DNA from: Flavobacteriales bacterium
GTDB taxonomy: Bacteria; Bacteroidota; Bacteroidia; Flavobacteriales_D; CAJJDF01
NCBI GenBank assembly: GCA_020630395.1
Contig: JAHDBM010000001.1
Coordinates: forward strand, 5,511 to 69,510
Reading direction: 5' to 3'
DNA: 64,000 nt
A program made the position numbers and the translations under genes. A model generated the notes under the pieces. It was not told where the DNA came from. It worked only from the letters and a program-made list of their open reading frames with translations, and made no database searches. Below, in pieces: positions 6,708-17,118 of this stretch; position 1 is the first letter of the stretch, and each line of letters begins with the position of its first letter.

Positions 6708-7916
6708 TTATTTCCTGCTAAATATTGACTCTTTTATCATTTTTCTTAGGATAAACCATCCACTAACCTTAAGGTTAGGTTGTTTTCCATTACCAATTCG
6801 TTTTATTTGATGGGTATGCCAAGTTATATCCAAAAACCCTTTTTTATCAATCATTTTAACACCTGTTTTGATTTTCGGTATGGGATAAGAGGCAATTTTT
6901 CCTTCAATTAATTCCTCTGCAACTATTGGATTCCTAGCAAACGGTCTTCCCATACCTATAATATCTAATTCATTTTCTCGAAGAGAATCAGCCATGGCCT
7001 GTACACTTCTAAAACCACCAGTTAACATTAAAGTAGTCTCGGTAGCTTGCCTTGCTTTTATAATGAAATCTGAAAAATAAGCCTCTCTTTTTTTGGTGCT
7101 TTCTTTTAATTCTTGACCTACCATGGAAGCTTTTTCGTAATTTCCTCCCGATACTTCAATTAAATCTATTCCTTCTTTAGATAATAACTTTATTACTTTA
7201 ATAGATTCTTCTTCAGTAAAACCACCTCTTTGAAAATCAGCCGAATTAATTTTTATTGATACAGGATATTCCTTTCCTACATTTTTTCTTATCTCCCTGT
7301 AAACCTCTAACACAAATCTGGTTCTTTTTTTAAAGCTTCCTCCCCATTCATCTATTCTTTTGTTTGTTAACCCACTTAAAAATTGACTAATCAAATATCC
7401 ATGAGCACCATGAATTTGAACACCTTTAAATCCTGCTTTTTTAGCCACCAATGCAGTCTTACCAAATCGTGTAATAATCTCTAATATTTCATTATGAGTT
7501 AATTCTTTAGGAATACCAAATACTGCCTTTGGCTTTAATGGAACGACAGATGGCGCATACGTCTCTTTATTAATAGATGTTGTCGCTTGTCTACCCGGAT
7601 GATTTATTTGCATCCATAATTGAGCTCCATTTTTTTGAGCAGCATTAGCCATTTTTTTTAATGCTTGAATATCTGATTCGTCCTCAATACACATAGCTCC
7701 TTTACCTCCCATAGCATTCTTATTAACCATCACATTACCTGTAATTAATAATCCTGCTCCACTTTTACCCCAAGCCTCATACAACTGAATTAATTGAGGG
7801 GTTATCTTTCCTTTTTTAGCTAAATCTTCCCCCATAGCTGCTTTGCATAATCTATTATTAATTACTACTCCATTTTGTAGCACAAGCGGTTGATTTAAAA
7901 CGTGTTGATTAGTCAT
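6708..7916 (-). CDS. NADH:flavin oxidoreductase (Old Yellow Enzyme family)
   Basis: NRLCKAAM, QINHPGRQ, GVQIHGAHGYLISQFLS, NKRIDEWGGS. Confidence 0.92.
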   Translation of the reverse strand: MTNQHVLNQPLVLQNGVVINNRLCKAAMGEDLAKKGKITPQLIQLYEAWGKSGAGLLITGNVMVNKNAMGGKGAMCIEDESDIQALKKMANAAQKNGAQLWMQINHPGRQATTSINKETYAPSVVPLKPKAVFGIPKELTHNEILEIITRFGKTALVAKKAGFKGVQIHGAHGYLISQFLSGLTNKRIDEWGGSFKKRTRFVLEVYREIRKNVGKEYPVSIKINSADFQRGGFTEEESIKVIKLLSKEGIDLIEVSGGNYEKASMVGQELKESTKKREAYFSDFIIKARQATETTLMLTGGFRSVQAMADSLRENELDIIGMGRPFARNPIVAEELIEGKIASYPIPKIKTGVKMIDKKGFLDITWHTHQIKRIGNGKQPNLKVSGWFILRKMIKESIFSRK

Positions 7917-8027
7917 TATATATTTTAAACAAATGGGTTGAATTACAATAATACTGTTTTAATCGAAAAAAGTAAGTCCTTTAATTTATTTTATAATGTG
8001 ATTTACTCATGTTTAGTTCACATACAT

Positions 8028-8062
8028 AAAAAAATCCAATCATTTTATGATTGGATTTTTTT
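8028..8062. terminator. Bidirectional-type intrinsic terminator
   Basis: AAAAAAATCCAATCAT-TTT-ATGATTGGATTTTTTT perfect inverted repeat. Confidence 0.8.
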
Positions 8063-8086
8063 GTTTATTTATTATCTCTCAACAAC

Positions 8087-8818
8087 TTATTTAGTAAAAG
8101 CATTAATGAATTGGTAGCCATTGTCTACTTTTTTTACAATGATCAAACCAAAATTAAGATTTGCTTCTTCCCAAGATAAATTTCTATCCACTTCAAAATC
8201 AAGATTCACTTTAAATCCTCTGTCAATTTTTCCTGCAGCTACCTTATATCCAGAAACATTTCTATCATAACCAACAGGCTTAGCAATATCAACTATTCTA
8301 TCTCTATTACAACTAGAAGGATCATCATGGATTAACAATGGTATTAAATAGTAAGTCCCTTCTCCGTAACTAAAAAACTCAGTGGTTGTTTTTAAATTAA
8401 CTTTTGTCCCGCTTATTGTCATATCATAATTTGCATTAGCTACTACCTTAGCATCAACATGATTCATCATAGATTCTTGTCTTAGATCTTCATTTTCTTC
8501 TTTTAAATTTACGATCCAATTTGCATCATCTCCTTCAAGTGGACTGTGTCCAAAACTAGACATAACCTCTGTTTGTAAGGCATCTTGATAAAATGTCGCA
8601 TAAACTGCCTTATCTCCTATATGGTTTTTTAATCTAGCATATTCTCTTTTTTCAGCACTCCATCTCACACACTCATATGATATTGATGAATGCCTAGCTA
8701 CTAAAGACATATTTTGTTCTGATACTTTAAGCGTAGGTGTTTCCTCTAATACTTCTGAAGTTTTTTTGCAAGACCCTAATAATGTTAATGCTGCTATAAA
8801 AATTGTTAACTGCTTCAT
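8087..8818 (-). CDS. Lipoprotein, degenerate Omp28-like
   Basis: Lipobox LGSC followed by KK. C-terminal Ig-like pattern (YYLIPLLIHD ... YQFINA) resembles Omp28-related proteins. No CxxC. Confidence 0.55.
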   Translation of the reverse strand: MKQLTIFIAALTLLGSCKKTSEVLEETPTLKVSEQNMSLVARHSSISYECVRWSAEKREYARLKNHIGDKAVYATFYQDALQTEVMSSFGHSPLEGDDANWIVNLKEENEDLRQESMMNHVDAKVVANANYDMTISGTKVNLKTTTEFFSYGEGTYYLIPLLIHDDPSSCNRDRIVDIAKPVGYDRNVSGYKVAAGKIDRGFKVNLDFEVDRNLSWEEANLNFGLIIVKKVDNGYQFINAFTK

Positions 8819-8862
8819 GACTTTTAGTTTTTTGTAAATATTTGTTGTTTAGTTTCATATAC

Positions 8863-8890
8863 AAAACGCTAAGTACATCATTATGGTTGT
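8863..8890 (-). promoter_or_regulatory. ECF-sigma-type promoter
   Basis: ACAACC-N16-CGTTTT on the - strand, about 45 nt upstream of the ATG. Confidence 0.5.
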
Positions 8891-8907
8891 TAAGTATATT
8901 ACTTGAC

Positions 8908-8959
8908 TTTATGAACCTATATCTTTTTTATATGAAACGAATCATTTTATTCATGAACC
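8908..8959 (-). promoter_or_regulatory. Three direct repeats at 21-bp period (LytTR-type operator)
   Basis: ATGAA cores at 8911, 8932 and 8953 (TTTATGAACC, TATATGAAAC, TTCATGAACC). Confidence 0.55.
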
Positions 8960-9057
8960 ATTCTTGGTTTAATCTAAAACACCTAATTTTATTCATGGCA
9001 GATCGCAAAAATTACAACAGCTTGCTAAAATATTAACCTTTTAAATTTTCCATAAAT

Positions 9058-10119
9058 ATGAATATTGATAAAACTAAACCTGTTATGTTAACTGGCGCTA
9101 CAGGATATGTAGCAGGTAGAATTGCAGAAAAACTATTACAAGAGGGGATAACAATACATGCGCCTATTCGCAATCCTGAGAATAAAGACAAAACAAAGTA
9201 TTTAGATGAATTAGCTAAGAAACTACCAGGCACAATTAACTATTTTAAAGCAGATTTATTGGATCAAGGGTCTTATGATGAAGCTATGAAAAATTGTGAG
9301 TTAGTTATTCATACTGCGTCTCCATTTATTGCAAACACAAAAAATCCTCAGCAGGATCTTGTTGATCCTGCTTTAAAAGGAACTGAAAATGTACTCAGCA
9401 GTGTTAACAACACTGAGTCTGTAAAACGAGTAGTATTAACAAGTAGCTGTGTGGCTATTTATGGTGATGCAAAAGACACCTTAAATTATCCTAATCAAAC
9501 CATGACAGAAGATATTTGGAACACAACATCTTCACTTAAAAGAAGTCCTTATAATTACTCTAAAACGCTTGCCGAAAAAAAAGCATGGGAAATAAATAAA
9601 CAACAACATAAATGGGATTTAGTTGTCGTAAATCCTTCCTTTGTATTGGGTCCCGGAATAAATCCAAATGGAACATCAGAGAGTTTTAATATTATGAAAC
9701 AACTTGGAGATGGGTCAATGAAGATGGGAGCTCCTGCAATTAATATTGGCTGTGTTGATGTTCGTGATCTTGCAGAAGCACATTATAGAGCTGGTTATAC
9801 ACCAAGTGCTAATGGAAGAAACATTGCATCATCAGAAAATGTAAGTTTTTTAGAACTAGCAAATATGCTTAGACCCAAATATGGAGAAAGCTATCCCTTG
9901 CCTAAAAAGACTCTTCCTAAATGGTTTTTAATGCTTGTGGGTCCTTTGGGTGGAATTCCCCGTCAATTCATTAAAGACAATGTTGGGTTTCCTTGGAAAG
10001 CAGACAACAGTAAAATTAAACGAGAACTTGAGATGGAATTTAGACCAGTTAAAGAATCAGTTAATGATTTTTTTGAACAACTTGTAGAAACTGGAGTTTT
10101 TGATAAAAAGAAGAAATAG
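9058..10119 (+). CDS. NAD-dependent epimerase/dehydratase (aldehyde/flavonoid reductase-like extended SDR)
   Basis: TGATGYVA, HTASPF, LTSS, YNYSK. Confidence 0.9.
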   Translation: MNIDKTKPVMLTGATGYVAGRIAEKLLQEGITIHAPIRNPENKDKTKYLDELAKKLPGTINYFKADLLDQGSYDEAMKNCELVIHTASPFIANTKNPQQDLVDPALKGTENVLSSVNNTESVKRVVLTSSCVAIYGDAKDTLNYPNQTMTEDIWNTTSSLKRSPYNYSKTLAEKKAWEINKQQHKWDLVVVNPSFVLGPGINPNGTSESFNIMKQLGDGSMKMGAPAINIGCVDVRDLAEAHYRAGYTPSANGRNIASSENVSFLELANMLRPKYGESYPLPKKTLPKWFLMLVGPLGGIPRQFIKDNVGFPWKADNSKIKRELEMEFRPVKESVNDFFEQLVETGVFDKKKK

Positions 10120-10125
10120 AAGTCT

Positions 10126-10154
10126 AAAAGGGGTTCTTTCGGTCCCTTTTTTTT
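10126..10154 (+). terminator. Intrinsic terminator
   Basis: AAAAGGG...CCCTTTT followed by a T-run. Confidence 0.6.
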
Positions 10155-10233
10155 ATTTAAATCCTTTATAAATTATAATTTTTGAATTTTAATAATTTAA
10201 CAGAATCATACATTTGTTGCTAATATTTTACAC

Positions 10234-11280
10234 ATGCTAAACACCAAAAGAACATTAATAGAGCACATCACTTTACAAAAAGTAGGAAGCAAACAAAAAG
10301 AAGAGTTAAACTTCTTAGCCAAAGCTGAAGAAAACTTAAGCGATAAAGAAGAGAAAGCACTTTTAAAGCTGTTTTTAAGCTCTATTAAATCATCTATAGA
10401 AGTGAATAAATTTGCTCACCACATTAAGATTGAATATAATACCTTATATGATCTAACCAAAACATATTTTGATCAACAGAAAGATTTCATTTCATATTCA
10501 AATGAAGTATTAAGTCATCTTTACGAAAACTCTACACATCCTCAAATAAAAACAGGAGAACTATTTATTGTTGAATTTGAAGATATAGAGTATAACGACA
10601 TTATTACCAATGGTATTGGCATTTTTAAAATTGAAAAAAAACTAGAGTTTCTAAACTTTAATCATAGTGAAGAAGGTATTGATTTTATTATTAGCAAAGG
10701 GGCTAAACTTCAAAAAATAGATAAAGGATGCTTAATTCTTAATACCGAAAAAGATGATGGGTTTAGAATCTTTTCGGTTGATAACAATGCATATAATGCT
10801 TCCTTTTGGAAAAAGGATTTTTTAGGACTTGAAGAGGTTCATAATGACTCTTTCCAAACAAAGCATTATATCAATATGATTTCAGAATTTTCTGCTAATC
10901 TAGCTGATGAAAATGACACACTCGCTCAAAAAGATTTTATTAATCAAACCATGCGGGTATTTAATGAACATGAATTCATTAACAATGATATTCTTAAAGA
11001 AGAATTATTAGACCCTTTTGAAGTAACAGAACAATTTAACGACTACAAGGAAGAATATAAACAGATACATAATGTTGATCTTGAACCTAGTTTTAATATT
11101 GAGCAAAAAACCTTAAAAAAGGAGCGAAAAAAAATAAAGTCAGAGATTTTAATGGATACCAAAATTCAAATTAAAATTGATGCTAACGAAATTGACACGG
11201 TAAAAGACAACATAGAGAGAGGATATGATGAAGACAAAAAAATGTACTTTTATAAAGTATATTTTAATGAAGAGTTATAA
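10234..11280 (+). CDS. Nucleoid-associated protein (NdpA/NA37 family)
   Basis: HPQIKTGELF, GIFKIE, KIDKGCLI, FWKKDFL, ERGYDEDKKMYFYKVYF. Confidence 0.8.
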   Translation: MLNTKRTLIEHITLQKVGSKQKEELNFLAKAEENLSDKEEKALLKLFLSSIKSSIEVNKFAHHIKIEYNTLYDLTKTYFDQQKDFISYSNEVLSHLYENSTHPQIKTGELFIVEFEDIEYNDIITNGIGIFKIEKKLEFLNFNHSEEGIDFIISKGAKLQKIDKGCLILNTEKDDGFRIFSVDNNAYNASFWKKDFLGLEEVHNDSFQTKHYINMISEFSANLADENDTLAQKDFINQTMRVFNEHEFINNDILKEELLDPFEVTEQFNDYKEEYKQIHNVDLEPSFNIEQKTLKKERKKIKSEILMDTKIQIKIDANEIDTVKDNIERGYDEDKKMYFYKVYFNEEL

Positions 11281-11311
11281 GCAAAACTGCATCTAAAACT
11301 AAACCTATTTT

Positions 11312-12064
11312 TTACTTACCAAACTCTAATAAACCAAGATCTTCCCCATCAAAAACAGCATAGGTCTTTGCATTAATCCACTCTCCTAGGTTAATATAGT
11401 GGCTGTTTTCATTTAGTTTAAAATCGATAGGGTAATGTCTATGTCCAAATATGAAATAATTATAATCATCTTCAGTAAGCTTCTTTTTACAATAGGTAAC
11501 TAACCACTCTTTATCTTCTCCTAAAAAATGATCTTTTGCTGTATGTTTTCTACTTTTTTTTGAAAAGAAATTAGCTAATCCAATCCCAAAGTTTGGGTGT
11601 AAACGTGCAAAGCACCATTGGCAAAATTTATTACGAAGTACTTTTTTTAGAAACTTGTATCCATGATCTCCCGGTCCTAATCCATCACCATGGGCAATTA
11701 AAAATTTTTTACCATTATAATCTCGTATAATCTTATCTTTAAAAATAGTAACTCCTAATTCTTTTTTAAGGTAATCAAACATCCACATATCATGATTTCC
11801 TGTAAAAAAACGAACCGGAATTCCACTATCTACTAGTTCTGCTATTTTTCCTAGAAAACGTGTATATCCCTTTGGTATAGCATGTTTATATTCAAACCAA
11901 AAGTCAAAAATGTCACCAACCAAATATATCTCATGAGCATCTTCTTGAATAGAGGATAACCAAGAAACAATCTTTAATTCTCTTTCTAAGCTTTCTTCAT
12001 AAGAAGGAGCTCCTAAATGAAAATCAGAAGCGAAATAGATTTTTTTTCCTTTAGGAATATTCAT
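11312..12064 (-). CDS. lpxH: UDP-2,3-diacylglucosamine diphosphatase
   Basis: SDFHLG, GDIFDFW, GNHD, HGDG, GHRH metallophosphoesterase motifs. Confidence 0.88.
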   Translation of the reverse strand: MNIPKGKKIYFASDFHLGAPSYEESLERELKIVSWLSSIQEDAHEIYLVGDIFDFWFEYKHAIPKGYTRFLGKIAELVDSGIPVRFFTGNHDMWMFDYLKKELGVTIFKDKIIRDYNGKKFLIAHGDGLGPGDHGYKFLKKVLRNKFCQWCFARLHPNFGIGLANFFSKKSRKHTAKDHFLGEDKEWLVTYCKKKLTEDDYNYFIFGHRHYPIDFKLNENSHYINLGEWINAKTYAVFDGEDLGLLEFGK

Positions 12065-13107
12065 TAAAACCCTAGTAATTCTTCTAGTTTAGCTTCTAAT
12101 TGTTTTCCTCTAAGACGAGTAGCTATAATTTTCCCTTCTTTATCTAACAATACAGTATAAGGAATTCCTCTAAATTGATATTTTTGGACAGCTGCACTCC
12201 TCCATTGCTTTAAATCACTTACATGTGATGGCCAAATTAAGCCGTCTTTTTTAATGGCTTGTATCCATCTTTTTTTGTCCTTATCAAGTGATACACTATA
12301 TACGTCAAAACCAGCATCTTTATATTTGTTGTAGGCCTTAACTACATTTGGGTTTTCTCTACGACATGGACCACACCATGATGCCCAAAAATCGATTAAT
12401 ACGTATTTTCCTCTTAACGACTCTAACGTAATAATATCTCCCTCTGGACTTTCAAAATTTAATTCTGGAGCAACTGAACCAATTGCCAATCCGCCTGGCT
12501 GTTGTTTAGCTTTTCTAGGCTGGTTTAATTGTTTAACATATTGTTTTAAAACATTATGATAAACCGTATTAGGATGTGATTTACCTATACCTTTTTCTGC
12601 TATACCAAAATACTTTTTTTGATCGGCTTGCTTAATATCTCCTAGAGCAATAAATAAAGCTAATGACGTATTATTCTTTTCAATAAATTGCTTAGCATAG
12701 TTCGCTAATGAATCTTTTGGTAAATCTTTGTTGTTTTTGACACCAAAATAAGCATGAATTAGTTCACTATCTTTAGAGCCAGTAATAGCATAATTATTAT
12801 ATAATTCTTTACCTGCGTTTATTTTAACTGATTCTTTACCATGCAACACCAATGGAATTCCTTCTTTTTTGGCTTTAGACACTTGATAAAACCCTGACTC
12901 CTCTACTTTAGTCTTTAGTTTAGCAACTCCCCACCAATTTACTTTAGCAGAATCAACCAATATTTGTTTATTTTGTTCAGCTTTTTGGAGGTAAATCATC
13001 TCCCCTTTAGACTTTTTTATCTTAACCTTTATGGATGATTCTCCTTGGGTAAAACCAATTGAGGTCAATAAAATTAAACCTACTACTACTCCTATATTTT
13101 TTCTCAT
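12064..13107 (-). CDS. TlpA-family disulfide reductase (DUF4369-like N-terminus plus redoxin domain)
   Basis: DFWASWCGPCRRENP. Start set at MRKNIG (13107), ahead of a signal peptide. Confidence 0.85.
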   Translation of the reverse strand: MRKNIGVVVGLILLTSIGFTQGESSIKVKIKKSKGEMIYLQKAEQNKQILVDSAKVNWWGVAKLKTKVEESGFYQVSKAKKEGIPLVLHGKESVKINAGKELYNNYAITGSKDSELIHAYFGVKNNKDLPKDSLANYAKQFIEKNNTSLALFIALGDIKQADQKKYFGIAEKGIGKSHPNTVYHNVLKQYVKQLNQPRKAKQQPGGLAIGSVAPELNFESPEGDIITLESLRGKYVLIDFWASWCGPCRRENPNVVKAYNKYKDAGFDVYSVSLDKDKKRWIQAIKKDGLIWPSHVSDLKQWRSAAVQKYQFRGIPYTVLLDKEGKIIATRLRGKQLEAKLEELLGF

Positions 13108-13120
13108 AACGCTTGGTGTT

Positions 13121-14272
13121 CTAGAATATTTCGGCAAGTTTATTTTCTAATGCTTGCCCTCTTAATTTTTTTGCAATAACTTTTCCTTCTCTATCAATTA
13201 AAATAGTAAACGGTATTGAATTAAATCCATAAATTGGAATAGCTGCAGTTTGCCAACCTTTTAGGTCACTAGCATGAGCATTCCAGATTAAGCCATCTTG
13301 CTTAATTGCGTTTAACCACTTATCCTTATTCTGATCTAACGAAAAGCTATATATTTCAAACCCTTGGTTTTTGTATTTATTATATAATCTCACCACATTT
13401 GGGTTTTCTGCTCTACATGGTCTACACCAAGAAGCCCAAAAATCTAACAACACTACTTTACCTCTTAAAGAAGATAACGCAACATTCTTTCCATCTACTC
13501 CTGGAAAATTTAAATCAGGCGCCATAGTACCTGGCTTTAAAAAATTCTTTAACTTTTCTTTTTGAGCAATTTCTGCTTCTAATTGAGTTAAGTAATTTTT
13601 AGTATTAATAAAGTAATTCGAATTTGGCATAGAAACTCCTAAACCATTAATTACAACATCTTTTAATAAGTCCATTTCTTGTAACGGATCTATTTGATCT
13701 AACACAGCTATTAAAGCTGGACTCTTCATGTTTTTTTCAATATAAGCATTTCGCTTTTTCATAAACGCTTCTGATTCTTGTTGAAACTCTTCTCGTATTT
13801 GTCTTTGCTGAAGTGTGTCATTAAAAGAAAGTGCACTTATTCTTCTATTGTAATCGCCTCCCTTAGTAATCATATTATTAACTTCAGTTGTAAACGAAGC
13901 TATTTCATTAGACACATAACTTCCTTCAATCGCATAGCTCTTTGTCCATCTTTTTAACTCATTAATGGTAAGTTCTTGACTTTTATTCAAAGAATCTATG
14001 TATACTGTAATGGCATTATTAGGTGCTAACCCAATTGTGTATATACCTTCTTTAAAAGACGAAACATCAAAAATAAACTTTCCATTTTCTTGTACCATTG
14101 CTGTATCAACTGGAATAAAGGATTGGGGACCTAAATCATATAGATACACTTGTTTTACAAGTGAATTGGGATCATAGTCTTTAATAGCTCCATTAATATT
14201 ACTACCTGATGTTTCATCACTAGAACAAGAAAAGAATGTTAGTAATACAATAAAAATTACAAAATATTTCAT
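13121..14272 (-). CDS. TlpA-family disulfide reductase lipoprotein
   Basis: Lipobox FFSC, DFWASWCRPCRAENP. Confidence 0.88.
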   Translation of the reverse strand: MKYFVIFIVLLTFFSCSSDETSGSNINGAIKDYDPNSLVKQVYLYDLGPQSFIPVDTAMVQENGKFIFDVSSFKEGIYTIGLAPNNAITVYIDSLNKSQELTINELKRWTKSYAIEGSYVSNEIASFTTEVNNMITKGGDYNRRISALSFNDTLQQRQIREEFQQESEAFMKKRNAYIEKNMKSPALIAVLDQIDPLQEMDLLKDVVINGLGVSMPNSNYFINTKNYLTQLEAEIAQKEKLKNFLKPGTMAPDLNFPGVDGKNVALSSLRGKVVLLDFWASWCRPCRAENPNVVRLYNKYKNQGFEIYSFSLDQNKDKWLNAIKQDGLIWNAHASDLKGWQTAAIPIYGFNSIPFTILIDREGKVIAKKLRGQALENKLAEIF

Positions 14273-14285
14273 GGTGATAATTCGC

Positions 14286-15740
14286 TTAATTATTTAATTC
14301 TTTAGCTAAAGCTTTACTAGCTGCTTTAGGATCAGCTTTACCTTGAGACAATTTCATTACTTCTCCCATAAATAATCCCATAAGCCCTTTCTTTCCTGCC
14401 TTATATTCAGCTACTTTTTCGGGATATTTAGCTATAGCTTGTTTAACAAAACCTGCAATAGCATCTTCATTAGAATCTTGAATCCAATTGTTTTCTTCGG
14501 CTATTTGTTTAGCTGTTTTATCTAATTGGTCGATTAATAATGGAAAAACTTTCTGTGAAGCAACAGAATTACTAATTATACCTTCATCAATTAACGAGAT
14601 AACCTCAGCAATTTTAGTAGCAGGAACATTAAAATCTTCTATCTCAATTGCTTTGTCATTTAAATGCGATTTAATATTAACCGTAACCCAGTTACTTGCT
14701 GCTTTATAATGTTTGGTATGTTTTATTACCTCTTCGAAGTATAAGGCTATTTCTTTTGTCTCCGTTAATACTCCAGCATCATAAGCCGATAAAGACAATT
14801 CTTGGGTGTACTTATCAAATAGTTCTTTAGGTAAAGGAGGCATTTGCTCTTTCACTTTATCTACATATTCTTGTGTTACTTGTAAAGGCTGTAAATCAGG
14901 CTCAGGAAAATAACGGTAATCATGTGCTTCCTCTTTACTTCTCATGGAACTAGTTGTGCCTGTAACGGCATCAAAATTCATAGTTTCCATTTTTATTTCT
15001 CCACCAGCTTCTATTACTTCTATTTGTCTTTTTATTTCGTAATCAATTGCTTTTTGGACATTACGAATAGAATTCATGTTTTTAACCTCCGTTCGTTCTC
15101 CAAATACAGTTGAACCTTTAAGCATAACAGAAACGTTTGCGTCACACCTCATACTTCCTTCTTCCATGTTTCCATCACAGATATCTAAATACCTCACTAA
15201 TTTTCTTACTTCTGTGAGGTAATTATAGGCTTCTTGAGAGTTTTTTAGTTCTGGCTCCGATACAATTTCAATTAAAGGAACTCCAGCTCTGTTTAAATCG
15301 ATTAACGTATTGTATGGATCTAAATCATGTATACTTTTTCCCGCATCTTCTTCTAAATGAATTCGCGTAATATTAATGATTTTATCGTTTTCATTAGCAT
15401 CTTTTATTAACACAGATCCTCCTGTACAAATAGGTGTTTTATCTTGCGTAATTTGATATCCTTTTGGTAAATCAGCATAGAAATAGTTTTTTCTAGCAAA
15501 AATCATGTCTTGTGTAATATCGCTACCGCAAGCCACCCCCATTTTAACTGCAAAACGAATAGATTCTTTATTCATCATAGGTAGTGTACCTGGATGACCT
15601 AATGAAACTACACTAACATTTGTATTAGGAGCTGATCCATATTCATTCTTATCAGATGAATATGCTTTAGATTTTGTTTGAAGTTGCGCATGGATTTCTA
15701 ATCCTATTACTGCTTCGTATTTATCGTAAATTGTTGACAC
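14286..15740 (-). CDS. gatB: Asp/Glu-tRNA amidotransferase subunit B
   Basis: YEAVIGLEIHAQL, RKNYFYADLPKGYQITQ, DLNRAGVPLIEIV, DYRYFPEPDL. Likely GTG start at 15740. Confidence 0.96.
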   Translation of the reverse strand: MSTIYDKYEAVIGLEIHAQLQTKSKAYSSDKNEYGSAPNTNVSVVSLGHPGTLPMMNKESIRFAVKMGVACGSDITQDMIFARKNYFYADLPKGYQITQDKTPICTGGSVLIKDANENDKIINITRIHLEEDAGKSIHDLDPYNTLIDLNRAGVPLIEIVSEPELKNSQEAYNYLTEVRKLVRYLDICDGNMEEGSMRCDANVSVMLKGSTVFGERTEVKNMNSIRNVQKAIDYEIKRQIEVIEAGGEIKMETMNFDAVTGTTSSMRSKEEAHDYRYFPEPDLQPLQVTQEYVDKVKEQMPPLPKELFDKYTQELSLSAYDAGVLTETKEIALYFEEVIKHTKHYKAASNWVTVNIKSHLNDKAIEIEDFNVPATKIAEVISLIDEGIISNSVASQKVFPLLIDQLDKTAKQIAEENNWIQDSNEDAIAGFVKQAIAKYPEKVAEYKAGKKGLMGLFMGEVMKLSQGKADPKAASKALAKELNN

Positions 15741-15741
15741 G

Positions 15742-17118
15742 TTAATTCTTGAATATCTTGATTCCTGATACAAAAGTATCATTAAAAATCTTTAAAACAT
15801 AACAGCCCTTATCTAATCCTTCGGGTAGAGGTAGGTTTATGTTATATGAAGCGTTATTTTTTACTTGATTCGTGACCAATACTTTTCCAGAAAGAGTTAT
15901 AACATTAACCGTATATACTTCTTCTTTTGGTAAACCTTCTATGACAATATAATTATCAAAAGGATTAGGATAAATTCTTAGTTCTTCTTTTTGAGGCTCC
16001 TGTAGTATTTTAGTAGCATCTAGTACAAATAGTCCATTTTGCATATCAGATACTAATATTTTATCTAATCCTAAAAATGGGTAAACTCCCCAAGCTCCTT
16101 TATATCGTGTATAATCTGTTTCAGTAGAAGTGTCAAAAAAACCTTCTACATAAGCATTTGATGGGTTTTTGGTATTGTACACAAATAACCCATCATGGTA
16201 ATAGCTTACAAAGGTATAATCTTTGTAAACGATTGGGTTATGTGGTATTGCTAGATCAGATAAAGTACTTCCTATTGTATCAATAAAAGAAACATTAACA
16301 GGATCGGATACATCCATTAATTTTATCTTCTTACCCGAATTTTCATCAGTTGTTATATAGGTATTTCCATCATCTGTTAACCATCCTGAATGATTATTTC
16401 CTTGATCTGGATAATTAGTATTCCCCGATAAAATAATCGGCATTTCATAATCGGTAAAATCCATTATATAAAATCCATCATAGGTATTACCATATACAGT
16501 ATCGTTTCTTACATACATATCATGGAGTCCGCCTGCTCTACTTGGAGCTATTGCTTGGCTCCACCATGAAAAATTTAAAGGCGGTATTACCAAAAGTTCT
16601 GGAGAGATAGGATTGTCCTTTAACGAATATATACTAAACCCATGTTCTCCTCCTGCAACATACAATTTTTCGGTTATGCTATCAATGAAAATATTATGCG
16701 CTCTTGAAAACAACTCATCAGAATCATATACTACTGATACAGAATCTGGTAAATGATGTAAATCTATAATCTGTAAAGTAGAGGCACCTTCATCACATAC
16801 AGCATATAAAAACCCATTGAAATCATGATAATCTCTATGCCTAATTCCTTGACCCTTTTCTGCTGCAGGTATAAAATGAATATAACTTGAAGAGGCAGGC
16901 TCTGTTACATCAAAAATATGAGTTCCTTCGGTAGATCCTAAAATTGCAAAATCTCTATTATTAATGTGTACTCCCCATACTTCACTATATCGATCCCCTT
17001 TATTATTTAATGTAATTTGATCATTAGACCACTCGTATACTTTACTAATATTAAACCCCTCTTGCCCATTTGCAGTGGTAAAACATAGCATTAAACAAAT
17101 GAGGAATATTGGCTTCAT
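15742..17118 (-). CDS. Choice-of-anchor B family protein (LVIVD-repeat propeller) with T9SS type A CTD
   Basis: HRDYHD, HSGWL, GAWGVYPF, C-terminal IYPNPF...YVLKI. Confidence 0.85.
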   Translation of the reverse strand: MKPIFLICLMLCFTTANGQEGFNISKVYEWSNDQITLNNKGDRYSEVWGVHINNRDFAILGSTEGTHIFDVTEPASSSYIHFIPAAEKGQGIRHRDYHDFNGFLYAVCDEGASTLQIIDLHHLPDSVSVVYDSDELFSRAHNIFIDSITEKLYVAGGEHGFSIYSLKDNPISPELLVIPPLNFSWWSQAIAPSRAGGLHDMYVRNDTVYGNTYDGFYIMDFTDYEMPIILSGNTNYPDQGNNHSGWLTDDGNTYITTDENSGKKIKLMDVSDPVNVSFIDTIGSTLSDLAIPHNPIVYKDYTFVSYYHDGLFVYNTKNPSNAYVEGFFDTSTETDYTRYKGAWGVYPFLGLDKILVSDMQNGLFVLDATKILQEPQKEELRIYPNPFDNYIVIEGLPKEEVYTVNVITLSGKVLVTNQVKNNASYNINLPLPEGLDKGCYVLKIFNDTFVSGIKIFKN

